A stretch of DNA of 64,000 nt from Owenia fusiformis (lineage: Eukaryota). The stretch covers positions 48,112,001 to 48,176,000 of the forward strand of contig CAIIXF020000001.1 in NCBI GenBank assembly GCA_903813345.2, in the 5' to 3' direction. Below the pieces are notes generated by a model, which was not told where the DNA came from, did no database searches, and was given only the letters and a program-made list of their open reading frames with translations. Position 1 is the stretch's first letter. Every line of letters starts with the position of its first letter. Below are positions 1 to 36,482 of the stretch, piece by piece. Made by a program: the position numbers and the translations under genes.

Positions 1-119
1 TAACAAATAGACTGAATATGTTTCTCAGATCGACCTGGATAAAGTTAACGAATTTTATATATTTGATCAAGAAACCTACATATTAAACCCTGGGTAAAAT
101 AACTACAGAACAAAGCCTA

Positions 120-23581
<23,462 letters not shown>

Positions 23582-26485
23582 CTGAAAATACAGAAGAAAA
23601 ATGATGTGATTAAAATTAAAGGTTAATTCAACCTACACCATGTTCACGATAAGGTTCAAAACGTGATTGTCACAACTGAACATATTGGCATTCAGTCTAC
23701 TGCCAAATGGCAACCAATTTTTTTAAGTCAATTGCCAAGAGGGGAAATGGTTGCTATTGGCAGTCAAGTATTTGTGAGTTTCAAACCCTGAACCTACACT
23801 AAGGCATCATTGCATGGGTTTCTATGGGATTTTCATTCTTTCCTTTCTGAAGACAGACAATTTGATGAGTATCAGAATGATACTAAATTACTTCTGGCAA
23901 TCAATGTTTGCATATAAGAGATCAATAGACACAAACTGCAGTATATGCTTAAGTCTAAAGTAAAGAACAAAAACAGGTTTACAATGCAAATTTCTATAAT
24001 AAACATTAGATCCTGTCTACATCCTAAGAGGAGCATCCATCAAGTTTACCACTGACTCATCACCATCTATGACCTAACACATCCCATAAAACAGAGAAAC
24101 CCCTCATGAGTTCTCTTAAAGAATTTTTATATTGCATCAATGGAGATTTGGTTCACATCTTTTTAGAGGAGTTGATTAAGTTATGGAAAATGATTTAAAT
24201 AACACAACTGAATAAATTAAAGTTACAATTGTGGAACACTTTTCACTGAAAAATGCTATTAAAAAGAAGGAAAAATAAATCATTTAGCCTTGAGAACAGA
24301 GGTTTAATATAAAATCTCTTAAAATCTCACGAAAAAGAGAATTGGTAAGATTTCAAAGCTATATAGAAACTTCTATATTGTTGAAGAATGTTGCTGTTTG
24401 AGAGACAATAGAATATGAACTCATTTATTCGGCTGGAATACCACGCTCTGGTGTGATGACCCTTGGGATAAACAATAAAATTTAGAGCAAAATCAAGAGC
24501 AACAGAGAGCAAGAGAGCATAAGTGACTTGAGTAGACACTAAGTAACTCTTCATTAAACAAGTTGTTACAAATGAAAAAATCATTTATCTACATTAAGAG
24601 AATACAATGACGTCCTGTTAAAATATTTAGAATAGGAAATTACTCCTACATAGGAAAATTGATGGCTTTGTGGAATTGCTAATCATGTCATTCTGTTTTA
24701 TATGCAACTACTCTTTTCTTATTTAGAACAAGCATCCTAAATTTTGATCAACAAAGTCTTTTAGAGACCATCTCACAATTTAGATTTTGTTTTTCGATGT
24801 GAATAAAATTATTAAAGGGCTTATTTAAAGAATATATGAAAATATTCATGATTAACTAGGAAACAGCAACTATACCTTTGATCTAATGTAACTAAATGTA
24901 ACCATACTTTGAAGAGATTAATTATAGCTATTCCCACTTCAGGCAGCCATTTTGAATTCTCAGAAAAATGAATCAGAAAAATAATAGGCCTACCACACAG
25001 TAACGGTGACCTACTCTAAAGCCAAGCCTTAAGATAAAATCTGCTGGTCATTATGTCCTCTAAAATGTACTGGTCATTGAGAAATCTAGCTGGTCAATGA
25101 AACTTTTTTGCTTGGAATGTTTAATAATTGAAACAGAAATTATCCTTTTTGAGGTAATTTATCGCTGAGAAAGGATGTGACTTTTATTTGTAGATGATCT
25201 CAGATCATTTAATACTCTTCTGAACCATTTCACATGGCTCAAAAGCCTTGTTTCGCGCTGAGATGGCCGTAATAACCCAAACCAATTTGCAAAGGGATCC
25301 ATTTTCATACTAGACGGGAAATTGTATTTGACCACGGGTCAGATAACATTCACATTTTCTGCTTCCCTTATTTGGATTTATTCGGATATTTCCGTTATAC
25401 TGATTAATTATGAATGCTGGCTGATCAATTAAAAACACTTACCCGTTACACTTACCGCCATACATGCATAAGGCAAACAACCATAGGCAATAATAACAGA
25501 AAATTAAATATCAGGGGGGCATAAAGTTGAATGAACAGCCGCATTTACTCTATGTTTAAGGGTCGCGTCAAGGTATCGGACATAATATCAAGACCATATT
25601 TTCAGTGAAATAGCATGTATCGGTCAGTATGTCCAACAGTTTCTGATTTTTAACTGGTGCCATCAATATTCTCCCGGACAAGAAAGGCAGTCCGACGCTT
25701 GAGGCGTGCCCTGTTTGGAAGAGATCAGGAAATTATTGCAAATCCCACATCAGGGCGGCCATTTAGAATTTTCTGAGTATGAAACCCAATCAGGCTATTA
25801 TGGAGTCAAAAGCCACATTCAAGTAAAAAATAAAAACCTCTAAATCAAATTGGTATAATAAAAAGTTTTGTAAAGCAATATTTCCTTTATAAATTACTTT
25901 TCACTGGGACCTTGTCTAAGATGCATTTTACACGATGAAACAACTTCTTATTGTCATTTGAATACTTCAAATACTTCGAATACTTTTCATATGAACAAAG
26001 CGTAATTGACACAATTTTAAATCTAAATCAAATGTATGTGGAGAACCTTATAAAACCTTGTAAAGTGTATTAAGTTACAAAAAATGAAAGCATGAGAGTG
26101 TTATCATCAAACAAAAATGAAACTGGTCTTTCTTATTAAAACATATACAAATACATTAAGTCAATCTTAACATCTTGTAAGTAACAAAGATACAATATAT
26201 GATTCAATTCTACTTGAAGGAAAATGTAAGAAACGTCATGATCAAACTCAGAGTATTGCCTGAATTGCTGTTATACCTGATGTTTCCCCTCAAATTAAAT
26301 CTATGTTTTCTCTTTGTATATTTGTTTAATAACTTAGCATAGATATGACAGGAGTGTCTACTCAACATAAACAAGCATTAATAGTGCAAAAGAGAGCATT
26401 TTTACATTTAAAAAGCACATGTTTCGTGATTCTTATTCATGTTTTTTTCTTTTAGGAACCTATAAAAAAGGTCATTCAAAATTAC

Positions 26486-26623
26486 CTTTACAAGGTCAAA
26501 CTGTTTTATATGGTTAGACATCGAGCCAAATCGTGACAAAAGATTCATTTGATAATCAACTTGATTCATATTTTTTAGCCAAGCTTTCAACCACATTTTA
26601 ATTTTTATCAATTTTAATCTCAT
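26486..26623 (-). CDS. Candidate FAK alternative first coding exon (MRLKLIKIKMWLKAWLKNM...KQFDLVK, 46 aa)
   Basis: ATG to AAG|gtaatt, phase 0, in frame with the 23581 acceptor. Confidence 0.45.
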
Positions 26624-27138
26624 ATTGCTAAATTAGGAAATACAAAGTGGTTCATTTGAATATACACATATAACTAATATATATTTATTCCATAATACTA
26701 CTGTTTTCCCAGGGAAATATGAAGGAATAAAAATCGTATTGAATCGTATTACATGAAAAAATCGTATTGTCCCCGGGATTAAAATTGTATTGGAGCGTAT
26801 TACATTAAAAAATCATATTGTCAATGGGAAAAAATCGTATTGGAGCGTATTAACCTATTTTTGGTTTCCTGGTTGTTTAATTTTCAAACAATGTGCATTT
26901 ATTAATATAATGTTTGCATTATCCAAATGTAACATTTGGTCAATATCATATTACCCTTCGGTCAATATCATATTGTCCCTCGGAATAAAACCCATATACA
27001 ATCCCTCCCAGTAAATAACCTATACTGTATATATATTAACTAAATATATATACTAATATAAACTGAAAAATATGAACTTTTCATAGAAACAATAAAATCA
27101 GAAGGTAGGAATTTTGGACCTTGGCAGGTCAAACTAAC

Positions 27139-27189
27139 CTCCAGACCATCTGTTCTAAGCTTATCTAATAAAACCCATATTTCTTTCAT
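27139..27189 (-). CDS. Candidate FAK alternative first coding exon (MKEIWVLLDKLRTDGLE)
   Basis: ATG to GAG|gttagt, phase 0. Confidence 0.4.
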
Positions 27190-27707
27190 TGACAAATTAA
27201 AAACACAAAACTCTTAAATGTAACTTTGATAACATAAATAATGAAGCAGTCTCAAAAAGGCTTATCACAATATATTACCCCATTATCACACCCATATGCA
27301 TCACTAGATTAGTCACCATGTGTCAAGCTTACAGATAAAGAAATACAGAAAGGCAACAAATGGATGTTCAACCATGGGCATTCAATAGAATCTATTGAAA
27401 GCCAATGGTTCAACTCATACCAATGTTTTGCTTTATCAAAAAATAAGTAAAACATTGCATTATGAGATTTTTAGCTTTGGGAGATGAGATGTAGATTTGT
27501 TAAGAGTGGAGGCAACAGGCTAAACATGCCTCTTGAGAATAATGGCGCTTGAGAAGACCAAATCTTGCTTCTCTTAAAATAAATGCAATTACTCAACTGA
27601 CCAAACCTTGCATTCAATTTTGATCCCCTACAACCACCAGCCATCTCGTGTAGGTGATATGTTATAGGGTCAGGACACATATAAGCTTGATGCAATACTT
27701 AACTTAC

Positions 27708-27776
27708 CACTATGTCTAAAGAGCATTTCTTGCACCATTTCCCCCTGTCAAATGTCTCAACTGATGTAGACCCCAT
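27708..27776 (-). CDS. Candidate FAK alternative first coding exon (MGSTSVETFDRGKWCKKCSLDIV)
   Basis: ATG to GTG|gtaagt, phase 0. Confidence 0.55.
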
Positions 27777-28867
27777 ATCTTAGCTAATCCTAATAATGAC
27801 AATATATCTCATAGCATATATCTTAACTTCAAGTCCGTAGGTCATTTTCTGGACACATCCCCGGAACTGGGTATGCCAAGATCCTTAATCCAGGAAAATA
27901 CATATTTCTCATTTATATTATATATAAATCTTCATAAAACGCTCATGATCCCTGTATTATAGATCCAGTTCATATTTTGTATTTTGTCATCTCAAATACA
28001 TGTGTTTTACAAGATTAAAATGCTTTTATTCCTGATATGCTGATGACACATTCATTTTCATTTGTCTACTATACTAGCATCCAGAATTCTAGAAGCTTTC
28101 CTAGCTAATTTGATTGACTTCCGAGCTATAAGTAATCTAGTTACCGTGACTTATTCCGATATTCTAGTCTGTGAGCGAATTACATTGTAGTCACATTTTT
28201 TTCTAAACAAAGAAAATTGGTATGTAGAAAAGCATGATGAAAATGAACAGACACAAAGTTCATATATTGAATCATATAAAAATATAAATCCAAGAATTTA
28301 AATTTTCAAGAGAAAATATATAATTGATCTACATTTGAGTATAATATTGCGAGGTGAATCAATGGTATCTGGTTGAATGGACATAGGCATCTATTGCCAA
28401 GCAGACAAAAATGCAAAACTGTGACATCTATGCTAAAACACATATTCTCTATGAGCTTTAGACACACATGCTGGCAGAACCATAGTATGGGAAAATAAAA
28501 ATGGCCCTAGATAAGGCTTGAAAGTAATTCATTTTTACCCTCTAATATGCACTGAGTATGAGACATGAGTTCAAATTATATGTGAGAAATATTATGAAAC
28601 ACATTTTAAAATCTGTGATTTGAATCATATGTGTATTTGTAATGATTATGATATCAGTTATAGTGATAGCATAATCTTTATGGCGATCATGCATAATCTT
28701 TATGGCAATCCTAAGGTCATAATCAAACTCAACTGCTTGTCATAGGGGAATTTATTATTCTACAATCTACCTGAAACACCTATATGCCACAATACTCCTC
28801 ACATATAATGAATGATATCCTAAGTATGCTGCTTTATGCTGCTTACTGTTTATAATTCAAAAGTTAC

Positions 28868-28903
28868 CTGCCACCCTGCTCGAAAACAAAATCTGTTTGA
28901 CAT
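28868..28903 (-). CDS. Candidate FAK alternative first coding exon (MSNRFCFRAGWQ)
   Basis: caaaATG to CAG|gtaact, phase 0. Confidence 0.5.
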
Positions 28904-29250
28904 TTTGACAAAAACATATCATGTGCATCTGCATCCAAGGATTTTGCAACCGAGAAGATAAATGTAAAACTAGTACATGTACTAGTGAAAGAGAGAACAT
29001 ACTTATTTACCACAAAATCAAACAATTCATAAAATTAAGTTTAACACCTAGAACTTTTAAAAATAGTAATTTCCAAGTTAATCAACAGGATGGTTCCCCG
29101 AAAATGATAAAATAGGGACTAGTAACAGATATATTGGGTATATTGACTTTGCATGTTTCAGGTACAATTGTCAGGTAAAACTATCATGCTATAAAATACT
29201 CTAGTAGCCTGGGCAAAATAATGTATAGCATGTATAATATTCTGTTATAA

Positions 29251-29545
29251 TATACATTAGTTCAACAAGTTAAACCTAGTCTGGGCCTTATTTCTTTATC
29301 TGACATATCTTGTGGCCCGCCTTAGGTTTAACGTCCGTGCCTATTCGGCCCTTGATGCAAAATTTTTTAATGGTGGCCTATGGCAGCGCATGGAATTACA
29401 TGCGGGTTTTATGAATAACTGATGGTGAGAATTTGCAACCAAATGAAAGCATTGTACGGAAGTTAAACCCAACCACGGCAACAAGAACACTCAGATTAAT
29501 AAATGAAAGCCGTGGTATTGGGTTTAACTTGTTGAACTAAATATA
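29251..29545. mobile_element. MITE with TIR TATA..TTAGTTCAACAAGTTAAACC
   Basis: 20-bp perfect inverted match at the two ends. Confidence 0.65.
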
Positions 29546-29929
29546 CATAAGCTACAATCAAATATATACAGTAAAATAACCCTGTGAAATTATTCTACTT
29601 GGTACATACATGTTATAATTACTTTTAGAACTTACTAGTAAAGACACCATATTCTCTCCAATAAACGCAGTGTGTTAACCAAATTCTCCTGAAGGAGATG
29701 TCTCAAATCACAAAATCCCCAGGAATTTGAGAAAAAAAAATTTGGGGCGATAATAGGCTGTTTCATGGTTTTCCTCTTTAAAACTGGACTCACTCTAACT
29801 AGATAACATAATATCATACCTCAATGTTTCCCTCATGCATTTATCGATCTGCTGAATGTTTTTCCATGGGTTAATTGACATATATGCATCAATTGATGAT
29901 AAACATCCAATCAAATTGCTCCGAGCAGG

Positions 29930-30190
29930 TGCCATTTTTGAAATTGATACCCAAGTCAAAATAATAATAATAGTAGTCTTCATTTATGGAGGAAATAAAG
30001 AAAATACATACATACATTGAATATTTGTTTGTGGCAAAAGGCAGAAGAAGTATAATAGATCAGAATTCCCATGATGCACTGCGGGCACTGCGAGCGTTTA
30101 GTAATGGAGATGGGTCATAATTGACGTTCATCATAGCTTTTAACTCATCACTTTAAGGTTATCATGAACGTAGTTATAGTACTTCCGGAG
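29930..30190. promoter_or_regulatory. Probable housekeeping-type promoter (ZNF143/Staf-like, ETS and YY1-like motifs)
   Basis: ATTCCCATGATGCACTGCG at about 30065-30083 resembles the Staf/ZNF143 consensus; ACTTCCGG at 30181-30188; AAAATGGC on the minus strand at about 29931-29938; minus-strand splice donors at 29819, 29793 and 29635 just downstream. Confidence 0.5.
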
Positions 30191-30475
30191 ACACGTCTGT
30201 AACAGCATTATGCACACAAATGGCTCTATCAATAGCAGTAAGTGAATTATTCAATATTAACCCTATTATTGCCCGCTCGGATAAATTATATTTTTCTTGA
30301 CTTTTGTTTTTCAAGTTGCCAGTTTTTCTTGGAAAAGTCAGGTGTGCATTTAGTAGAGTGTGTGTTAGAGATAACACGGTACTAATACAATAAAGGTTTA
30401 CTCTAATGGCAAACTCAAATGATGAACAAATATTTGATGCCAATATTTCTGTGAGGACTACTACTTAGAGTTTTA

Positions 30476-30482
30476 TATATAA
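30476..30482 (+). promoter_or_regulatory. TATA box of the peroxidase gene
   Basis: TATATAA about 75 nt upstream of the ATG at 30557. Confidence 0.45.
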
Positions 30483-30556
30483 CGAGGGGCTTTAAATGAT
30501 ACCTTACTTAAAAGTTACATTTCACACAAACACACCAAATAAAAAAGACAGCAGAA

Positions 30557-33500
30557 ATGGCAAGCGTTTCTGATGTGAAGACATCTTACAATTTAGAAAA
30601 TGCACATCAAACCATGAAGCAAGTGAAAGACAAGAAAAGAGACAAATGTTTGAAAATTGGACTTACATTTGGCATTTTAATTGGACTAGTTGTCTTTGCA
30701 ATTGTTTTAGCAGTTTTAATCACAGTGATGGCGCAAAATAATTTCAACTCAGTTCCAAATAACAACAACAACAATGGAGATTGTACAACCAGCGAGGTTG
30801 TTCAACCAAGAGTTACAGCACATGATGTGAACACTATTAAAGCAGATATTACTGAGCACATAAGAGAAAAACGACAAGGTGGGAGTCTCATCAGAATTGC
30901 TGGGTTTGTGAGGTTGGCATTCCATGACTGTGTTGGAGGTTGCGATGGGTAGGACTTTATTCTTCTTTAAAATATTTCAAAAAATTTCAATTACATTATG
31001 AATAATATTCATAATTTTTACAAATATTTTCAAAATTTGTGTCCTTTTAAAATACATGTGGTTAAGTCTTTCACATTCCTCATTCATTCATAGATATTGA
31101 ATGCCCTGCATATTATTGGCATATTATATTGGGTTTATGTTTCTTTCCTTTGTTATGCATGTCACATACTATTAGAGTAAATATGTTTTTTTGTGTCTGT
31201 GTCCTTCAAATTTGGAACTTCTCTCATCTAGGGTAAAAATATCATTTGACATGAAACTCACCCTCTCTTATTTATTGCACCCCATTGAAAATTGATGTTG
31301 AAACTTTAAAACCTGGCTTTTCATTTTCTCTCTTATGTAACTAATTTTGCAATAATGAAACATTGGTTTTTGACTTAGCGCCTTATCTATTGCCTGGTTG
31401 GGATACAGTAGTTAACTAAGCGATTGTAATTCTCCTTAGTACATTTAATTTAGAGATTTCTAACACTATCATAAATCTAATGATTAAAATGTCAACCAAT
31501 TAGGCATGATGAGAGTTAGTTCAATACAGGTGTATATACAATTCTACTTGTGAAACTAGATTACTGTAGTTTATAACTATATTTATTGTACAACTGTGCT
31601 ATAGCATTTCAAAATGATTCATCTTTTCAATATTTTGAAGAATTCCACAAAGTCACAAACCTTCAATGTAACAATGACTATGCAAAATGAAAAAAAATTA
31701 AATTAAGAAAACCTTATAAAAACAATATTTGAAAAATTGATGAAGAGGCTTTATTATATGTATTATGCAAAAGAGAAATGATAAAAGTTATATCCTGTGT
31801 CCCAAAAATGAGCCACTTTTTGACAAGTATTATGTCCAGGCAACTGATTCACCAAATTCACTTAAATGTATAAAGTAGCTTAAGAGTATTATTAGCAAGT
31901 TGTAAAAATATGAAAAAGATCAAGTAAATATTCTAAGAAATAGAGACCTCTATAGTGTTTGTACCAACTATCATCTTCGCACACTCGGTCTTCATCGCGT
32001 TCGATGGGAGCCGAGTGAAGTCCGATTAATTTTTTTCATTCATCTCAAATATCCAAAATCCAATTCATTCTCAAATTCATTGGAGGTGATATTGTTAGAA
32101 TAAATATGGAAAAGTATTTTTGCTTGGAAATGGATAAAAGAGAGAATCAGATATAACAAGCAGGCTAAACAAAAAATTGTCTCAATTTTAGAATATTTTT
32201 GGCTCATGTCATTCCTTGTCATGTCTATTTTCTAAAAATCACAAAAGGGCATACTTTATTCAAAGAAAACTAAAGATTTTTACAATACTGTATTATTTTT
32301 CTGTAAGAATGGTTACCATTCTTATTATTTGGGAGAATTAAAAATTTTCTACCCATTTTTGCACTTTGAATCATTGATAACTTCACCAATTTATAACATA
32401 TTGTGAATCTTTTGGGAGATATTGTATTTGATATTGTAAGCAATAGATTGGTAGGTCAATTATAAAAAGACTTTTATATTAATATTATTATTATTATATA
32501 TTATTAGGCTTATCTATTGCTGAGAAGTTTCTCGTCAAATTCATCTCATTTTTGGTGGAAACGCTCTAAAGTTCTCATTGCGATGCCCCGGTATGGGATA
32601 TTATGACATGGTATCTTGAATTTCTTAGTACTTAGATAATATTTACTTGATCTTCTTCATATTTTCACACCTTGCTATTGATACTCTTGGGCTACTTTGT
32701 ACAAATTTACATCAATTTTTGGTTCATCAGTTGCCGAGATAATACTTGTCAAAAGGTGGCTCATTTTTTCTGGGACACCCAATATATGTAGTTGAAATAC
32801 TTCAGTTCCTAAGATATTATATCTATACATCAATCTAAACTTGTGTTTGATTTATCTGTGGTAATCTTAAAATGAATGAAACACAGCTTTTTATTTATTT
32901 TAAAGTTATTCATGAACATGATTCCTCAAGAAAAATATCAAAACAGGTAGTACTATGTTCACAAAATATCTTCATTGACACAAGCTCATTAAATTCATGT
33001 TAAATAATTTTGTATACATTTGTACTTCTTCTCAGTTTTTTTTTCAATTCATCTTATTCACTTACTGACATATTCCATAATTTAAGATATTTTTGAGTAG
33101 CTCTATTTCTCATAATATGTATAATATCTTCAACTATTAAATAAAAATCATTATTGCCCAACCACTGATGAAAATATCACTACCTAATACTTCAGGTGTA
33201 TTGACTTAGGAAATGGTGAAAATGCTGGACTTGGTCTTTATATTGAAGAACTGGATCCAGTCTACAGCAAATATTCAAATAAATTAAGTCGTGCTGACTT
33301 TTGGCAACTGGCAGGTATCGCAGCTCTACAAGAGAGTGGTCGCGGTTGCAATAACTGTATTCACCCATGGGTGCAGTTTGTGGCAGGTTAGTTGATATAT
33401 GGGGTAGACAATTTCAACTCAGAGAAACTGCAATATATAAACGAATGTTGAGGATCATAGTGTTGAACAAAGTATGACCATTTTCTTAAGATTTAAGGTT

Positions 33501-35301
33501 ATTTTGGGTTCATATACTAATATTACATCATATTTTATTTCTAAAAATCAAGACTTATTTCAGGGAAATTCATAGACTTAACATTATGTGGTAATTTTCC
33601 TATAATTTTGAAGAATTTAGACATTTCTGCATCATGGGTAGTAAATAAAGAATGTGCTCTATTTGTTCCTTTTGATTCTAGCTCAAAATTCAATAAAAAT
33701 AATTGATCTTTAACTTTATGTAAATTATGTTATAGGGAGAAAAGACTGCAGCTCGTCTCCCAAATATGATGGCCCACATAGAATGTTTCCAAATAATGGA
33801 GGCCATGCTAACATAGATGATGTCTTAGGATTTTTCAATTCAACATTTGGTATTTATATTTACTATATAGCATACTTGAAACCACACTGAACTTATTGTC
33901 ACCGTGACATATTATAAAATTGCCCATAAAAATCCTCTGGGTGCAACAATTAAAAACTATTAAAATTGTTTACACTTTCTAGATTTATTATAGTTGAGGG
34001 TTGTTTTTCATGAAAAAAATGCATGAAACATGACTGGCCTTGATATTATTTGATATCATTCCAGAAAGCGTGATCACCTCACCCTGTTAAAATGGAGCTA
34101 GAATGCGTCATACAACATTTAAAATTACATTACCAAAGTAATATAGAGTTATATTTCACTAGCTGAACTTCAAAGTATTTCAGACTCCAAAAAAGCTTTC
34201 CTCCAACTGAAAAAATGATCTGATTATAAATCCAAAATTTCATGTTAAAATAATAACATTGATGTACAATCCATCAGAATAATAAACATCTAATGATATT
34301 TTTCAACTGCCTAGGTCTCTCAAGATCCCAGCCAGAGCTAGCAGTTGCACTTCTTGGTGCACATTCTCTGGGACGAACACATAGAGGAGCATCGGGATGG
34401 GATGGTCCCTGGGATCTTACACCAGACCGCCTAGATCAGAGCTACTACAGCGATATGATGAGACTTAATTGGACAGAGGTCGAGATAAGCAATAACAAGC
34501 ACCAATGGAAACCTCCAATTGGTATAACTCAAGAAATATTTTTGATTTGATTAAAGTGTGAATTTTGATGTTATAAGAACATTGTAGCTTTTAGCTGTTG
34601 TCATATTGAAGTGAATAGATAAGATTTAGATTCAGCTGATTTGACAATGCCTGGTTTTAAACATGTGACCATTTTTAGCCGATATATACAGCTTTAACTT
34701 AGTCATGCCATTTCATATTTCATTATTACTTACTTAGTAACTCAGTATTTTAATTATATACAAGGCCGTAGCCAGGTTTGTCAAGAGGGTTCACTATTCA
34801 AAAAATTCCAGGTGAGTTTCAGTGTTCACATTGAACAAAAATCACTGAAAAAGTGTTTAGAATGGTGAAAAAACTTCATGATTTTGAAAGATTTTTGACC
34901 AAGGGATTCACTCGAACTCCCCCCCCCCCAAACACCCCCCTGGCTAGGGGCCTGATATTTAAAAAGATTTCTGGGTTACAAACCTGTCCTTTAGAACAAC
35001 TTAAACAACTTCAAAATACATTGAAATATTGTATACACACAGATTTTAATCCATTTTTTCAGGAAATACAATGATGCTACATGCAGACATGTGCTTACAT
35101 AAAGTTATCAGTCCAATAAACACAACAACAGGACAATCTGCCTGTCCATTTGCACAGCTCTGTGACAATCAGCCAGAAACTTCTAAATTTGTTCAATTAT
35201 TTGCTGATGATCTTGAGGCATGGGAGCGGAATTTCCAGGCAGCATACTATAAGATGATAACAACTGGCTACACAAATGCAGAGCTTTATGTACCAGCTTA
35301 G
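30557..35301 (+). CDS. Type II membrane-anchored heme peroxidase, non-animal peroxidase-catalase superfamily (ascorbate-peroxidase-like/plant-type), 380 aa
   Basis: Exons 30557-30948, 33196-33386, 33736-33849, 34315-34521 and 35063-35301 join with GT-AG sites into 1143 nt with no internal stop. Distal motif VRLAFHDC, VGGCDGCI, NAGL, LSRADFWQLAG, GRKDC, proximal ALLGAHSLGRTH, GWDGPW, TPDRLDQSYY, MMLHADMCL, FQAAYYKM; N-terminal TM helix. Confidence 0.93.
31794..32782. mobile_element. Tc1/mariner-type non-autonomous element with about 150-bp degenerate TIRs, in peroxidase intron 1
   Basis: GTGTCCCAAAAATGAGCCACTTTTTGACAAGTATTAT ... ATAATACTTGTCAAAAGGTGGCTCATTTTTTCTGGGACACCC. Confidence 0.75.
34761..34954. 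mobile_element. CAGGCCCGTAGCCAGG-TIR MITE copy
   Basis: CAAGGCCGTAGCCAGG ... CCTGGCTAGGGGCCTG; flanks ATATA / ATATT. Confidence 0.6.
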
Positions 35302-36013
35302 AGAGAGACAGGATAAACAAGTTGTTGTCATTGGGGGGGAGGGGGGGGGGCATATGAATGATATATGACTGCAGATTATTGTATAGACTTACAAACTTAA
35401 ATATTTACAAAGACGGGGAAATATCAAAACAACAGATAAAGGTATCAAAAACCAAGTTGAGATTTTGCTTCTTAAAAGAGGAAATATCTAAACAACAGAT
35501 AAAGGGATCAAAAATCAACATGGACATGTTGAAATTAACAAATGAGATCACTAAGCAATCAAAAAGGTTATTTTTCTATTATAATTTCTGAAACTATAAA
35601 TCTACTAGCTTGCTGTATAAGTAATCATTCTAACTCATGTTTAAGTTTATAGGAATATGAAGTTATACCTGGTACTATAGCAGTGACATCTATAAAATGA
35701 GAAAATGCTTATTCACAACTCGTCGCATTGTGCAACACATAATAATGTATAACACAATAATGATGTTTATAAGATATAATGAATAAATTTACTGTTAAAA
35801 TAGCAACAATAACATAAACTACTGTATTTAGTCTTTCAAAAGTCTTTCAATTGGGCCATAAGAAGTAAAAATGTCACAACTTCAAATACTTAAAAAGAGT
35901 AACAATTTGTTATATATGTCAAATTACAGCCATCGATGTAATATGCCTATTACAAGAAATGACGGCTTAAACAATAAGACATCACTTCAGACATGTATAT
36001 CCCTTTTCTTATA

Positions 36014-36189
36014 CAGTAAAACCTGTCTTAGTGAATACCTCTCTCTAGTGAACACTTTTCTCTAGTAGACACCCATCCTCAACACATACTCTAACGACTT
36101 CTGTATAAACCACACTCTCTGTAGTGAAAACCTACCAACACTGAAAGTTTTTTCTAGGTTAAACTGTTCAATATACATAGGTTGTACTG
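36014..36189. mobile_element. Tc1/pogo-type MITE
   Basis: TA|CAGTAAAACCT ... AGGTTGTACTG|TA. Confidence 0.6.
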
Positions 36190-36323
36190 TACATGTAGCT
36201 TATTTTGCTTCTTAAAAGAGAATGTCACCAGGCAGTGACACACAAATAAAGAATTTTAATTAATTTACAAGTTTCTTCAGCCAGAGAACACTGTGACATA
36301 CAAAGGATGCTTCAGTCACCTAC

Positions 36324-36482
36324 CATCAAAATCTCAGCTGTTAGTTTCCTCATTGTAGCTTTGTCATACATATCCTTATCCTCATATATTGCTATACCAT
36401 CATCAGGATCCTGGTGAATATCCTCATGTATATCATGACTATATAGATCAACATACTCTCCCAGTTGCTTGAAACTTCCCAT
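36324..36482 (-). CDS. Candidate FAK alternative first coding exon (MGSFKQLGEYVDLYSHDIHEDIHQDPDDGIAIYEDKDMYDKATMRKLTAEILM, 53 aa)
   Basis: 53 open codons with protein-like composition, ending ATG|gtaggt in phase 0. Confidence 0.65.

Noticed and set aside
25437..25461. Two gtaagt donors (one preceded by ATG GCG) as first exons
   Set aside because: They lie in a CpG-rich, repeat-like block; one has an in-frame stop and the other encodes only MA.
29820..29983. MAPARSNLIG... ORF as the FAK coding start
   Set aside because: Its donor is phase 2, and joining through the 29636-29688 exon is still out of frame; more likely 5'UTR or a uORF.
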